NCBI GenBank assembly: GCA_963805415.1
Contig: CAWDUD010000001.1
Location: 76,912 to 140,911, forward strand
Direction: 5' to 3'
DNA length: 64,000 nucleotides
From: an uncultured Acidimicrobiia bacterium
GTDB taxonomy: Bacteria > Actinomycetota > Acidimicrobiia > IMCC26256 > JAENVU01
Shown: piece by piece, positions 45,400 to 54,737 of the stretch
Numbering within the stretch: position 1 is the stretch's first letter
How the letters are laid out: each line of letters starts with the position of its first letter
The notes under the pieces: model-generated
What the model was told of the DNA's origin: nothing
Seen by the model: only the letters and a program-made list of their open reading frames with translations
Databases searched by the model: none
Made by a program: the position numbers and the translations under genes

Positions 45400-46185
45400 G
45401 TGGCTCTCGCGATCGATGCGCACCGGAAGCTCGCCGGCGTGGGCGGTGCGCTGCGCGGGCTCGTGACCGGACGGCTGCCGGTCCGAGGACGCGGTGCTGC
45501 GGTGCTCTGCTACCACGACGTCGGGACCGACCCGGCGAACACCACCGAGTACTACGTGTCTCCCGACCTGCTCGCGCGCCACGTCGAATGGATCCGGGGG
45601 TGGGGCCTCACGTTCGTCCCGCTGGCCGAGGTCGTCGACCGGCTGCTCGCCGGCCGGGAGCTCGACGGCCTGGTGGCGATGACCTTCGACGACGCGCTCG
45701 TGGGCGTCGGCCGGGACGCGGCACCGATCCTCGCGGCGCGGGGAGTCCCCGCCACGGTCTTCGTCGTCACCGACGTCCTCGGCGTCGAGCCGCCCTTCTG
45801 GCCGGGTGCGGCGCGCGCCATGGCACCGGACGAACTCCGCGAGATGACCGATTCCGGGCTGATCACCCTGGCGTCGCACACCGCGACGCATGCGTCGCTG
45901 CCCGACGTCGACCCCGACGAGCGGATGCGTGAGCTCCGTGCTTCTCGCGCCTGGCTCGCCGCCGCCGACGGGGTCCCCGACCTGCTGGCCTACCCCTTCG
46001 GCCATCACGGCGCGACCACCGCCGCGGCGGTCCGGGACGCGGGCTACCGCGCCGCGTGCACCTTCACGTTCGGGCGGGTCACGCCAGGGACCGACCCGTT
46101 CGCGATCCCGCGCTTCTGCATCGGACCCGGCCACGACCGCTTCCGGCTCGCACGCCAGCTCGCCCGCCCCGCTCGCGCCTGGTGA
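45400..46185 (+). CDS. Polysaccharide deacetylase family protein (IcaB/NodB-like)
   Basis: LCYH, MTFDD, SHTATH, AYPFG. Confidence 0.9.
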   Translation: MALAIDAHRKLAGVGGALRGLVTGRLPVRGRGAAVLCYHDVGTDPANTTEYYVSPDLLARHVEWIRGWGLTFVPLAEVVDRLLAGRELDGLVAMTFDDALVGVGRDAAPILAARGVPATVFVVTDVLGVEPPFWPGAARAMAPDELREMTDSGLITLASHTATHASLPDVDPDERMRELRASRAWLAAADGVPDLLAYPFGHHGATTAAAVRDAGYRAACTFTFGRVTPGTDPFAIPRFCIGPGHDRFRLARQLARPARAW

Positions 46186-46204
46186 GCCACGGCGCGTGCG
46201 CCGG

Positions 46205-47364
46205 TCAGGACGCGTGCCGCTCGCGCGCCTCGGCGATCGTCCCGATCAGGGAGGCGGTGGTCGTGCGCGCGTCGAAGCGCAGTTGGGCCCGCTCGTACCC
46301 GGCGCGACCCATCCGTCGCCGCAGGGCGTCGTCACCCAGCAACCGCTCGATCGCCGCTCCGATCGCGACGTCGTCGCCCGGGGGCACGAGGATGCCGGTC
46401 TCGCCGTCGATCACCATCTCCGGGATCCCACCGACCGGGGTCGAGACCACGGGCAGCCCGGCGAACATCGCCTCGAGCACGGAGTAGGGCGATTTGTCGA
46501 TCTCGCTCGGGAACGCGAACACGGAGGAGCGCGCCAGCATCTCGACGAGACGGGGGTCGCCGGGGCGGACGTCGGAGAACACCCGCACCCCGGGCTCGGG
46601 CGGGATCTGCTCGGGCGTGACCAGGTTGAGGACACAGGAGCCCCGCAGCGTCGAGCGGAACGCCCGCAGCAGCGCCCACCCGCCCTTGCGGTCCATGGAG
46701 TTCCCCGTGAAGGTGACCTCGGGAAGGGCGTCGGGGTCGGGCGGCGGGACGGCCACGGGGTCGGGCGGGTAGATCCCGAACGGGATCACGCGCAGCCGGT
46801 CGGGGTCGAGGCCGTAGCGCGTGCGGATCGCCCGGGCGCACCACTCGGACTGGGCGACCACGATCGTGGCCGCGTCGAACACCTTCGCCTCGAAGCGCTC
46901 ACCGACGCCGCGCGGTCATCGGCGTGAACCGACCGGGCCGCCGGAACGGGAGCTGCACCGCGTTCTGCGCCGCGGAGCCGTCGGTGGAGACGACCGAGGG
47001 GTAGGCGCGCAACTCGTCGAGCGACCGCAGCGCAACGTGTTGGGAGTAGGCGTGGATCGCGCCGACGGGACCGGACCGGATCGCGGCCCGCAGCATGCGG
47101 TGCGCGGTCATCGAGATCGCGAGCTGCGCCGCGGACCGGCGCGAGGTCCACGTCGAGGCGGGAGAGGCCGGGGAGGCGCAGCCCCGCGGCGCGCCGGACC
47201 AGCGAGCGCGGCGGCACGTCGAGCGCCACGAAGTCCACCTCCGGGTGCTCCGCGAGCGCTCGATAGATGTTGAGGTGCATCGTGGCGTGCCCGCCGAGGT
47301 TCTCGTTCAGCATGAGCAGCCGACCGACATCGGGCAGCACCTCGGCCTGGTTCACGGCTGCCAT
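46205..47364 (-). CDS. GT4 family glycosyltransferase (frameshifts near 47130 and 46900)
   Basis: RKG, FAFPS..D..PYSVLEAMFAGLPVVSTPVGGIPE..DGETG; ATG overlaps stop of the upstream reductase. Confidence 0.85.
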
Positions 47365-48674
47365 CACCCAGCTATCGGATCGATCCGTGGTCCTCTCGAC
47401 CCCGAAACCCGTCCCTTCGGCTCGGGCAGCACCGCCACGATGCGCTCGACGGCGGCGTACGCCGCCTCGGCCGGCCCCATCTCGTCGGGACGGAGGAGGT
47501 TGGCCATGATCCGCAGCACCCACTCCATGAGCGGGCGCGAGTGCATCCCGACCCGGGTGAGCTCGCGCATCACGGCCGGGTTGCCGATCAGCTTCACGAA
47601 CGTGCGCGCGACCTTGAAGTAGAGGCCGTAGATGTCCTCGAGCCGCTCCGGGTAGCGGGCCAGGGCGAGCCCGTCGCCCGTCACGAGGGCCTCGCTGACC
47701 GTTTCGGCCACCATTCGCCCGGTTTCGTAGGCGTAGGCGATGCCCTCGCCGTTGAACGGGTTGATGGAGCCCGCGGCGTCGCCGGCCACGATCCAGGTCG
47801 GACCGACCTTGGGCAGCACCGATCCCCCGGTCGGGAGCCGGCCCCCGGTCGGGGCGCCGCACGCCGTCTCGGGCGAGAGGCCCCACCGGGCCGGGGCGGT
47901 GGCGACGAACGCGTCGAGGAGACGGGAGGTGTTGACGGCGGTGAAGCCGGTGAAGGTGTCGAGCAGGCCCGCACCCACGTTCACGGTCCCGTCACCGACG
48001 GGGAAGATCCAGCCGTAGCCGGGCATGTGGTTGCCGTCGCGGTCGCGCAGGTCGAGATGGGACTCGATCCAGGTCTCGTCGTGGAACGGACTGGTGTAAT
48101 AGCCGCGAATCGCCATACCCATCGGGTAGGAGCGGTCGCGCGACGTGCCGAGCGCCCGGCCGAAGCGGGAGTTGGCGCCGTCGGCCACCACGACATAGCG
48201 CGCCCGGACCGCCTCGGTCCTGCCCGAGTCCTGCCGCCGGACCGCCGCACCCGTCACGAGGCCCCGCTCGACGATCGGCTCGAGCGCCTCGGATCGCTGC
48301 CAGAGCGTGGCGCCGGCCTTCACGGCCCGCTCGGCGACCATCCGATCCAGGTCCCGGCGGCGCACGACATAGCCATGGGAGGGGAACTCGGGGTGCTCGG
48401 GCCAGGCCAGCTCCATCGTGATGCCGTGGGCGATCGAGCGCAGGCCGTCGTAACGGTGGAACTCGGTCAGCTGGTCGGCGAGGCCCATGTCGTCGAGCTG
48501 GCGGACCGCACGCGGCGTGAGGCCGTCGCCGCAGGTCTTCTCGCGGGGGAACTGCTTCTTCTCGACCGCGAGGACCGAGTGGCCGCGCTCGGCGAGCCAG
48601 TACGCCGCGGCGGCTCCCGCGGGGCCGGCGCCGACCACCAGGACGTCGACCCGCTCGGGCCCGCGCACGCTCAC
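47364..48674 (-). CDS. Geranylgeranyl reductase family protein, MenJ-like menaquinone side-chain reductase
   Basis: GAGPAG, FPREKTCGDGLTPRAV, GYGWIFP, GDAAG..NPFNGEGI. Confidence 0.9.
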   Translation of the reverse strand: MSVRGPERVDVLVVGAGPAGAAAAYWLAERGHSVLAVEKKQFPREKTCGDGLTPRAVRQLDDMGLADQLTEFHRYDGLRSIAHGITMELAWPEHPEFPSHGYVVRRRDLDRMVAERAVKAGATLWQRSEALEPIVERGLVTGAAVRRQDSGRTEAVRARYVVVADGANSRFGRALGTSRDRSYPMGMAIRGYYTSPFHDETWIESHLDLRDRDGNHMPGYGWIFPVGDGTVNVGAGLLDTFTGFTAVNTSRLLDAFVATAPARWGLSPETACGAPTGGRLPTGGSVLPKVGPTWIVAGDAAGSINPFNGEGIAYAYETGRMVAETVSEALVTGDGLALARYPERLEDIYGLYFKVARTFVKLIGNPAVMRELTRVGMHSRPLMEWVLRIMANLLRPDEMGPAEAAYAAVERIVAVLPEPKGRVSGSRGPRIDPIAG

Positions 48675-48880
48675 CCCGGCATCGTCCCACGTCGACGCTT
48701 GACCGGGCACACCACCTGCGCCCGCGGGTCGCGATCCGCGCGATCCGACACCGTGGTCGCGCGGAGCGCACAATGTGTCGCGGCGCGATCTAGCGTGGTA
48801 GAGAAACGCCCCGGAGGAAGGGCCGAGGACGACCTCAGAGGGGGATGTCGACTCGGACCGAGGAGGAGACTCGCGGCACC

Positions 48881-49378
48881 ATGCCCAACCTGCTGCCCGA
48901 CTGGCACTTCTTCCGGCCGAACGGTCGGTTGATCTGGTTCACCGTGATCGCGCTGGTGATGATCGCACTGGCGATCTGGCGCCTGCGCACCCCGAAGCCC
49001 GACCGTCCGACCACCTGGGCCGAGGCGATGGCCGGCGCCCTCTACGTGTTCGCGTTGTTCCTCCTCACCTACGCGATGATCCCGAGCGAGTTCATCTCGG
49101 CGTCGGACAAGTACTGGGGTCTCGCGACCAACCGGTACATCATCAAGTCGACGACCCCGATCCCGTTCATGAAGTCGTGGAACTGGCCGTTCTCCATCGA
49201 CCTGCAACACGGGTTGCGCGATCCCCTCGTCGTCGTCATCTACCTCATCTTCTTCGGCCTCAACATCGCGATGTTCGTGCTCTGGCAGAAGCGGCCCACC
49301 GTGTCCGAGGCGGCCGAGCGCACGCCGGTCGAGGCGGGCACGTCGCGCTTCGGTCGGCCGCTCAAGGCGAAGGCCTGA
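48881..49378 (+). CDS. Hypothetical 3-TM membrane protein, first gene of the Rieske/cytochrome b operon
   Basis: GAGGAGGA RBS, three hydrophobic helices, 1-bp gap to next gene; C-terminal SRFGRPL. Confidence 0.8.
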   Translation: MPNLLPDWHFFRPNGRLIWFTVIALVMIALAIWRLRTPKPDRPTTWAEAMAGALYVFALFLLTYAMIPSEFISASDKYWGLATNRYIIKSTTPIPFMKSWNWPFSIDLQHGLRDPLVVVIYLIFFGLNIAMFVLWQKRPTVSEAAERTPVEAGTSRFGRPLKAKA

Positions 49379-49379
49379 C

Positions 49380-49793
49380 ATGGCCAAGACCGACGCGAAC
49401 CCACCGATGCCGGAGTTCGTGACCGACTACGTGCTCCAGGAGGTCGACCCGGCCTTCCTCACGCAGTCGGTGAAGCCGAAGCAGTTCCTCCACATCGACC
49501 AGGCCGAGTGCATCATGTGCGAGGGCTGCGTCGACATCTGCCCGTGGAAGTGCATCCACATGGTCTCGGTCGGCGCGATCGACACCGCGGTCGGCACCGA
49601 ACGTCCGGGCGAGGATCCACGCGACCACGTGGCCTTCATCGTCGACGAGGACGTGTGCACACGCTGCGCGCTCTGCGTGGACCGTTGCCCGACCGGCGTC
49701 ATCATCCTCGGCAAGATCACCCAGCAGGGTGCGGTCGGCGACCCCCACGTGCGCACGAACCGGCACGGCTACAGCTACGGGGTGCGGTTCTGA
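49380..49793 (+). CDS. 2[4Fe-4S] ferredoxin-like protein
   Basis: CIMCEGCVDICP and CTRCALCVDRCP; no signal peptide or TM helix. Confidence 0.93.
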   Translation: MAKTDANPPMPEFVTDYVLQEVDPAFLTQSVKPKQFLHIDQAECIMCEGCVDICPWKCIHMVSVGAIDTAVGTERPGEDPRDHVAFIVDEDVCTRCALCVDRCPTGVIILGKITQQGAVGDPHVRTNRHGYSYGVRF

Positions 49794-49796
49794 TGT

Positions 49797-49849
49797 GTCC
49801 CGAAGGGCAGCGGCGGGGTCCCCGCCGCCGAGTGAGCGGAGCGACCTAG
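49797..49849 (+). repeat. Structured dispersed repeat (short form) filling the ferredoxin-cytochrome b spacer
   Basis: gtcccgaagggc-agcggcgggg/ccccgccgc-cgagtgagcggagcgacc matches the reverse complement of 1694-1743. Confidence 0.8.
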
Positions 49850-50644
49850 ATGGCCCAGGGAAACGGGAGCAACGGGAACGGCGGCGGGCTGAAGCTCGGT
49901 GCGCGCGCCAAGGAGATGGGCGAGAAGGTCGGCAACTCCCAGGTGGTGACGTCCATCGTCCGGCCCGGCTCGATCTTCCGGCGGGGCTACACCGACAGCC
50001 CGAGGAACCGCTCGTACGTGATCATGAACAGCGTGCTGTACCACCTGCACCCGGTGAAGGTGAAGCGCCACGCGGTCAAGGTGAGCTACACGCTCTGCCT
50101 CGGCGGGCTGTCCTTCTTCCTCTTCATCCTGCTGACGGTGACCGGCATCTTCCTGATGTTCTTCTACCGGCCGACCGAGGCCGCGGCGTGGTCGAACGTG
50201 CAACAGCTCGAGACCGCGGTGTGGTTCGGCTCGCTCGTACGCAACATGCACCGATGGGGTGCGCACCTCATGGTGCTGTCGGTGTTCCTGCACATGAGCC
50301 GCGTCTTCTACCACGGCGCGTACAAGGCCCCCCGCGAGTTCAACTGGGTGATCGGCGTGATCCTGCTCACGCTGACGCTGCTGCTGTCCTTCACCGGCTA
50401 CCTCCTGCCGTGGGACCAGCTGGCGCTGTGGGCCGTCACCGTCGGTACCAACATGATGGGCTACACCCCGGTCTTCGGTGGCCAGATGCGCTACGCGCTG
50501 CTCGGTGCGAAGGAGATCTCGGGCGACACGCTGCTGCGTTGGTACACGCTCCACGTGCTGCTGCTCCCGTTCGTCATCGTCATCTTCATGGCGATCCACT
50601 TCTGGCGCGTCCGCAAGGACGGCGGCATCAGTGGACCGCTGTAG
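49850..50644 (+). CDS. Cytochrome b6-like N-terminal cytochrome b (4 TM)
   Basis: CLGG, HRWGAHLMVLSVFLH, REFNW, TGYLLPWDQ, H-x14-H, GISGPL C-terminus. Confidence 0.95.
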   Translation: MAQGNGSNGNGGGLKLGARAKEMGEKVGNSQVVTSIVRPGSIFRRGYTDSPRNRSYVIMNSVLYHLHPVKVKRHAVKVSYTLCLGGLSFFLFILLTVTGIFLMFFYRPTEAAAWSNVQQLETAVWFGSLVRNMHRWGAHLMVLSVFLHMSRVFYHGAYKAPREFNWVIGVILLTLTLLLSFTGYLLPWDQLALWAVTVGTNMMGYTPVFGGQMRYALLGAKEISGDTLLRWYTLHVLLLPFVIVIFMAIHFWRVRKDGGISGPL

Positions 50645-50663
50645 GCCGGGGAGGGATTGACTC

Positions 50664-51497
50664 ATGGCTGATGTCCCCGAACACCTGCTCAAGCGCAGCG
50701 CCGAGCGGCGCAAGCAGTTGGGACTGCCCGGTGGTGAAGGCGCGGACGACGCGCCTGCTGCCGACACGCCCGCACCGGACGCGCCCGCGGAGACACCCGC
50801 CGAGGCACCGGCGGCGGCGGCCGCATCGGACGAGGGTGCGGTCACCGAGGACAAGGGTGGCGTGCCCGCCCACCTGCTCGAGCGCTCGCGCAAGCGCAAG
50901 GCCGCGATGGCCGGCGGGGGCGGAGCCGGCGGCGCGACCGCCGCAGCCGCGACCGCGACGGCCACCGCTCCGATCACGGCGCCGACGGGCACCGGGCCCG
51001 GAGGTCACACCCAGCGGCTGCTGACCGTCGTCAAGTCCGGCTCGATCCAGCAGACGCGCGCCGAGGCGCAGGACAAGGTCCACACCTGGCCGCACCTGCT
51101 CGTCGTCGAGTTCGCGGCGGCGCTGGCACTCACCGCGATCATCCTGGTCTTCTCCGCGATCGTGCGGGCCCCGCTGCTCGGGCTCGCGGACGTCAACCAG
51201 ACGCCGAACCCCTCCAAGGCACCGTGGTACTTCCTCGGTCTCCAGGAGCTGCTCACCATGTTCCACCCGATGGTCGCGGGTGTGACCATCCCCGGCATGG
51301 GCCTGTTCCTGCTCATCATCGCCCCGTACGTGGACTCGAACCCGTCGAACAAGCCGAACGACCGCAAGTTCGCGATCTCGCTGTTCACGATCTTCCTCAT
51401 GTTCTGGGCGGTGCTCGTCATCATCGGATCGTTCTTCCGGGGCGCGGGGTTCAACTTCGTGTTCCCGTGGCACGACGGCATCTTCTTCGAGCTCTAG
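50664..51497 (+). CDS. Cytochrome b subunit IV-like protein (3 TM) with N-terminal extension
   Basis: TWPHLL, TPNPSKAPWYFLGLQELL, PYVD. Confidence 0.9.
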   Translation: MADVPEHLLKRSAERRKQLGLPGGEGADDAPAADTPAPDAPAETPAEAPAAAAASDEGAVTEDKGGVPAHLLERSRKRKAAMAGGGGAGGATAAAATATATAPITAPTGTGPGGHTQRLLTVVKSGSIQQTRAEAQDKVHTWPHLLVVEFAAALALTAIILVFSAIVRAPLLGLADVNQTPNPSKAPWYFLGLQELLTMFHPMVAGVTIPGMGLFLLIIAPYVDSNPSNKPNDRKFAISLFTIFLMFWAVLVIIGSFFRGAGFNFVFPWHDGIFFEL

Positions 51498-51506
51498 GAG
51501 CCTCGG

Positions 51507-52355
51507 TTGAACATCGCGCTGATCATCGGGATCCCGGTCGTCATCCTGCTCGCGGCAGTGACGGTCTTCGCCTCCACGCGCCGGCGGACGACCGACCCCC
51601 AGGGGCGCGTGACCGGCTCCCTCAGCGGCGAGACCAGAGCGAGCGACGCCACCGACGTCGCGGTCACCGACGACGCGTCCGAGGCCGCGAGGGCCCGCGC
51701 CGGCGAGACCCGCGCCGGAGTCGGGGGCACGCCGGCCACGCGCGGGACCACGGCGGTCGCCGAGTACACGCCGGCCGAGTACGAGGAGATCCAGGTCAGC
51801 CGGCGCCAGTTCTTCAACCGGTCGATCCTCGTCACGATGTCGATCTCGGTCGGAGCGTTCGGGGCGGCGGCGATCGCGTTCCTCTACGCGAAGTCCTCGG
51901 GTGGCTTCGGGGGCAAGGTCGACGCCGGCATCGGTCTCGCCGACGCGCAGGCGTACTGGGCCGCCAACAAGGCACCGTTCTACATCCCGGAGGCGAGGAC
52001 CTATCTCCAGCCGTACCCCGTCGCCGACGTGCCCAAGGCCAAGAAGGTCACCGAGTACGCGCTGGTGATCCCCGACATGGAGCAGGGGATCATCGCTCTC
52101 TACCAGAAGTGCGTCCACCTGGGCTGCCGGGTGCCGTGGTGCCAGACCTCGCAGTGGTTCGAATGCCCGTGCCACGGCTCGAAGTACAGCCGGGTCGGCG
52201 AGAAGAAGGGCGGCCCCGCGCCACGGGGTCTCGACCGGTTCGTCGTGACGATCGCGGGCTCGAAGATGAGCATCGACACCACGACCGTCATCACCGGTCC
52301 GCCGATCGGCACCGACACGACCGGTCAGAGCGCCGAAGGGCCCCCGTGCGTCTGA
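51507..52355 (+). CDS. Rieske 2Fe-2S subunit
   Basis: CVHLGC and CPCHGS boxes, GPAPRGL, internal SRRQFF Tat motif. Confidence 0.96.
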   Translation: MNIALIIGIPVVILLAAVTVFASTRRRTTDPQGRVTGSLSGETRASDATDVAVTDDASEAARARAGETRAGVGGTPATRGTTAVAEYTPAEYEEIQVSRRQFFNRSILVTMSISVGAFGAAAIAFLYAKSSGGFGGKVDAGIGLADAQAYWAANKAPFYIPEARTYLQPYPVADVPKAKKVTEYALVIPDMEQGIIALYQKCVHLGCRVPWCQTSQWFECPCHGSKYSRVGEKKGGPAPRGLDRFVVTIAGSKMSIDTTTVITGPPIGTDTTGQSAEGPPCV

Positions 52356-52398
52356 CCCCACCGTCCCACTCGCTTCCGGGAGCATCGAAGAGGCCACT

Positions 52399-53598
52399 GT
52401 GACCCTGCGCACTCTCCTGATCCTCATCAACGTGGCCGCGGTCCTCGTGATCGTGGTGATCCTCGGCGCCAAGGTGCTCTCGGTGCGGCGCGAGCCCACC
52501 GAGCGCGACGCCGCCAACCTCACGCCGTTCTACGACGACGAGATCCTCGAGGACACCCACCTGACGCGGGTGCTGCGGTGGTCGCTCATCTTCTCGACGA
52601 TCGTCGCGGTCGTCCTGCCGCTGTACTGGCTCCTGGAGCCGGGCCGTCAGAGCTCGGAGGCCAAGGGCTTCGACGAGCGCGCCATCGAGCGCGGTGCGAC
52701 GCTCTTCGCCAACCCGACCATGCCCGCGTTCGACAGCGCCAAGTCCCTGCAGTGCGCGAACTGTCACGGCGCGGACGCGAGCGGCGGTGCCGCGACGTTC
52801 GTCCTCACCGCCGAGGCCCAGGGCGATCCGAACACCGCGCCGGTGAGCGAGACGTGGGTGGCCCCGTCGCTCAACGACGTCTTCTACCGCTACACCGAGG
52901 ACCCGACGACGGCGGTGCAGCAGATCACCCAGATCATCACCTACGGCCGGCCCGGCACCCCGATGCCGGCCTGGGGTGTGCCCGGTGGTGGCCCGAAGAA
53001 CGAGCAGGCCATCAGCGACCTCGTCGCGTACCTCAAGAGCATCCAGGTCAGCCCGGCCGCGGCGCGGGCCCAGGCGGCCAAGAAGGTCAAGGACTTCGAG
53101 AAGTTCGTGAACGGCGAAGAGGCCAAGGCCCGCAAGAACCTCGCCGATGCGCAGGCGAGCCTCGCCACCTCGGAGACCGACGCCCAGCGCCAGAAGTACC
53201 AGGGTGAGATCGACGCCGCCAACGTCGCCATCCAGCGGTCGGCCGACTACGCGGCCCAGGTCGCGAAGATGAGTCAGGGCGAGCTGCTGTTCAACACGCA
53301 GTGCGCGCGGTGCCACACCAAGGGCTGGTCGACGCTCGAGCCGAGTGACGGCTTCGTGCCGATGCCCGAACCACCCGGCAGCGGCGCACTCGGACCGTCG
53401 CTGCGCGACGGTGCGACCCTGAGCCAGTTCCCCGGCGACCCGGGCAAGCAGAAGCAGTACGACTGGGTGGCGACCGGCGTCGAGGCGAACAAGGGCTACG
53501 GCGTCCGCGGGATCTCGTCGGGGAAGATGCCGCACTTCATGAACATCCTGACCAAGGCGCAGATCGACGCGATCATCGAGTTCGAGCGGAGCCTGTAG
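52399..53598 (+). CDS. Membrane-anchored diheme cytochrome c
   Basis: CANCH and CARCH, each followed by an MP motif (MPAW, MPHF); two N-terminal TM helices. Confidence 0.92.
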   Translation: MTLRTLLILINVAAVLVIVVILGAKVLSVRREPTERDAANLTPFYDDEILEDTHLTRVLRWSLIFSTIVAVVLPLYWLLEPGRQSSEAKGFDERAIERGATLFANPTMPAFDSAKSLQCANCHGADASGGAATFVLTAEAQGDPNTAPVSETWVAPSLNDVFYRYTEDPTTAVQQITQIITYGRPGTPMPAWGVPGGGPKNEQAISDLVAYLKSIQVSPAAARAQAAKKVKDFEKFVNGEEAKARKNLADAQASLATSETDAQRQKYQGEIDAANVAIQRSADYAAQVAKMSQGELLFNTQCARCHTKGWSTLEPSDGFVPMPEPPGSGALGPSLRDGATLSQFPGDPGKQKQYDWVATGVEANKGYGVRGISSGKMPHFMNILTKAQIDAIIEFERSL

Positions 53599-53604
53599 GA
53601 GGCG

Positions 53605-54504
53605 ATGATGAACGCAGGGCACATCCTCGCCAGCGAGGGCATCAAGAACCCCGACCTCTGGTACCCCACGATCCTCGGCGTGCTCGTCGTCATCGCGGCC
53701 GTCGGACTGTTCTGTGGCAGCGCGTACATGCTGCTCGCGACGAACCTCGGCGCCCGCCTCGGCTTCCTCGTCGCGACCGCGGCGCTCTCGGGCCTCATGA
53801 TCCTGATGGCGCTGCTCTGGCTCACCAACCCGTCGCCGGTCAACACCCTGAAGGGGCGGATCCCGCAGTGGCGCGCCGTCGAGGCGATCCAGTCCGGAGA
53901 CGTCGCGCGATCGAAGATCCCCGCGGTCCAACAGATCGACCAGAACGGCAAGCAGGTCAGCGAGGAGGAAGGCGCCAACCTCAAGGCCGCGGTCGACCTC
54001 AACCTGATCGTCACCAAGAACGAGCAGACCGGCGAGATCCTCTCGGGCGCCGGCGGCAAGTTCGCGACGTACCAGGCCGCGACCGACTACCTGGTCACCA
54101 ACAACCAGGAGACCGGCGGCGGCGAGATCTTCAGCCAGTTCACGGTCGACACCGGCGGCGGGTTCCCGTGGATCCACGTGAGCCTCCACAAGCCGCACTA
54201 CGCGGTGGTCACCACGTGCAAGGTGGATCCGAACCTCGCGGGCGACGAGGTCCCCTTCGGGGCCAAGCCGCCGACACCGAAGTGTGACGGCACCGCCCGC
54301 CAGGTCCTCGTGCTCGAGCGCGACCTCGGGTCGCTCCGGGTCCCGCCGTTCGTGGCGCTGCTGGCGTTCAGCACGCTCTTCGTCCTGAGCCTGCTCGGCC
54401 TCCACTGGCGGGAGCGTGACCTCCAGGAAGCTGCCAAGCGCGTGGAGGGCGAGGCCGAGGCCATCACGAAGGCCGCGGCCGAGCCCACCCCCGAGACCGT
54501 CTGA
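53605..54504 (+). CDS. Hypothetical membrane protein (2 TM + external domain with two Cys + 1 TM)
   Basis: AGGAGG RBS, tight operon spacing, hydrophobic helices. Confidence 0.8.
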   Translation: MMNAGHILASEGIKNPDLWYPTILGVLVVIAAVGLFCGSAYMLLATNLGARLGFLVATAALSGLMILMALLWLTNPSPVNTLKGRIPQWRAVEAIQSGDVARSKIPAVQQIDQNGKQVSEEEGANLKAAVDLNLIVTKNEQTGEILSGAGGKFATYQAATDYLVTNNQETGGGEIFSQFTVDTGGGFPWIHVSLHKPHYAVVTTCKVDPNLAGDEVPFGAKPPTPKCDGTARQVLVLERDLGSLRVPPFVALLAFSTLFVLSLLGLHWRERDLQEAAKRVEGEAEAITKAAAEPTPETV

Positions 54505-54512
54505 GGAGCCTG

Positions 54513-54734
54513 ATGCACCGGTTGACCCCCACCTTGCGCAACTGGGCCGCCGCGGCGCTGCTCCTGGTCGTCGCGACCGGCTGCACCAACGGTCAGCTCG
54601 TCGACGCCGGCGGCGAGCGCGGCCAGGGCGGCCTGGCGTTCGTGCTGCTCGCCTTCTTCTTCTTCCTGCTCTTCGGCGCCCTCTTCTACATGGACCACGT
54701 CCGCCAGCGTCGTGGCACCGGCGACGAGGACTAG
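54513..54734 (+). CDS. Small membrane protein, possible lipoprotein
   Basis: GAGGAG RBS; signal-like N-terminus ending VATG-C, then one Phe-rich TM helix. Confidence 0.6.
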   Translation: MHRLTPTLRNWAAAALLLVVATGCTNGQLVDAGGERGQGGLAFVLLAFFFFLLFGALFYMDHVRQRRGTGDED

Positions 54735-54737
54735 CGG

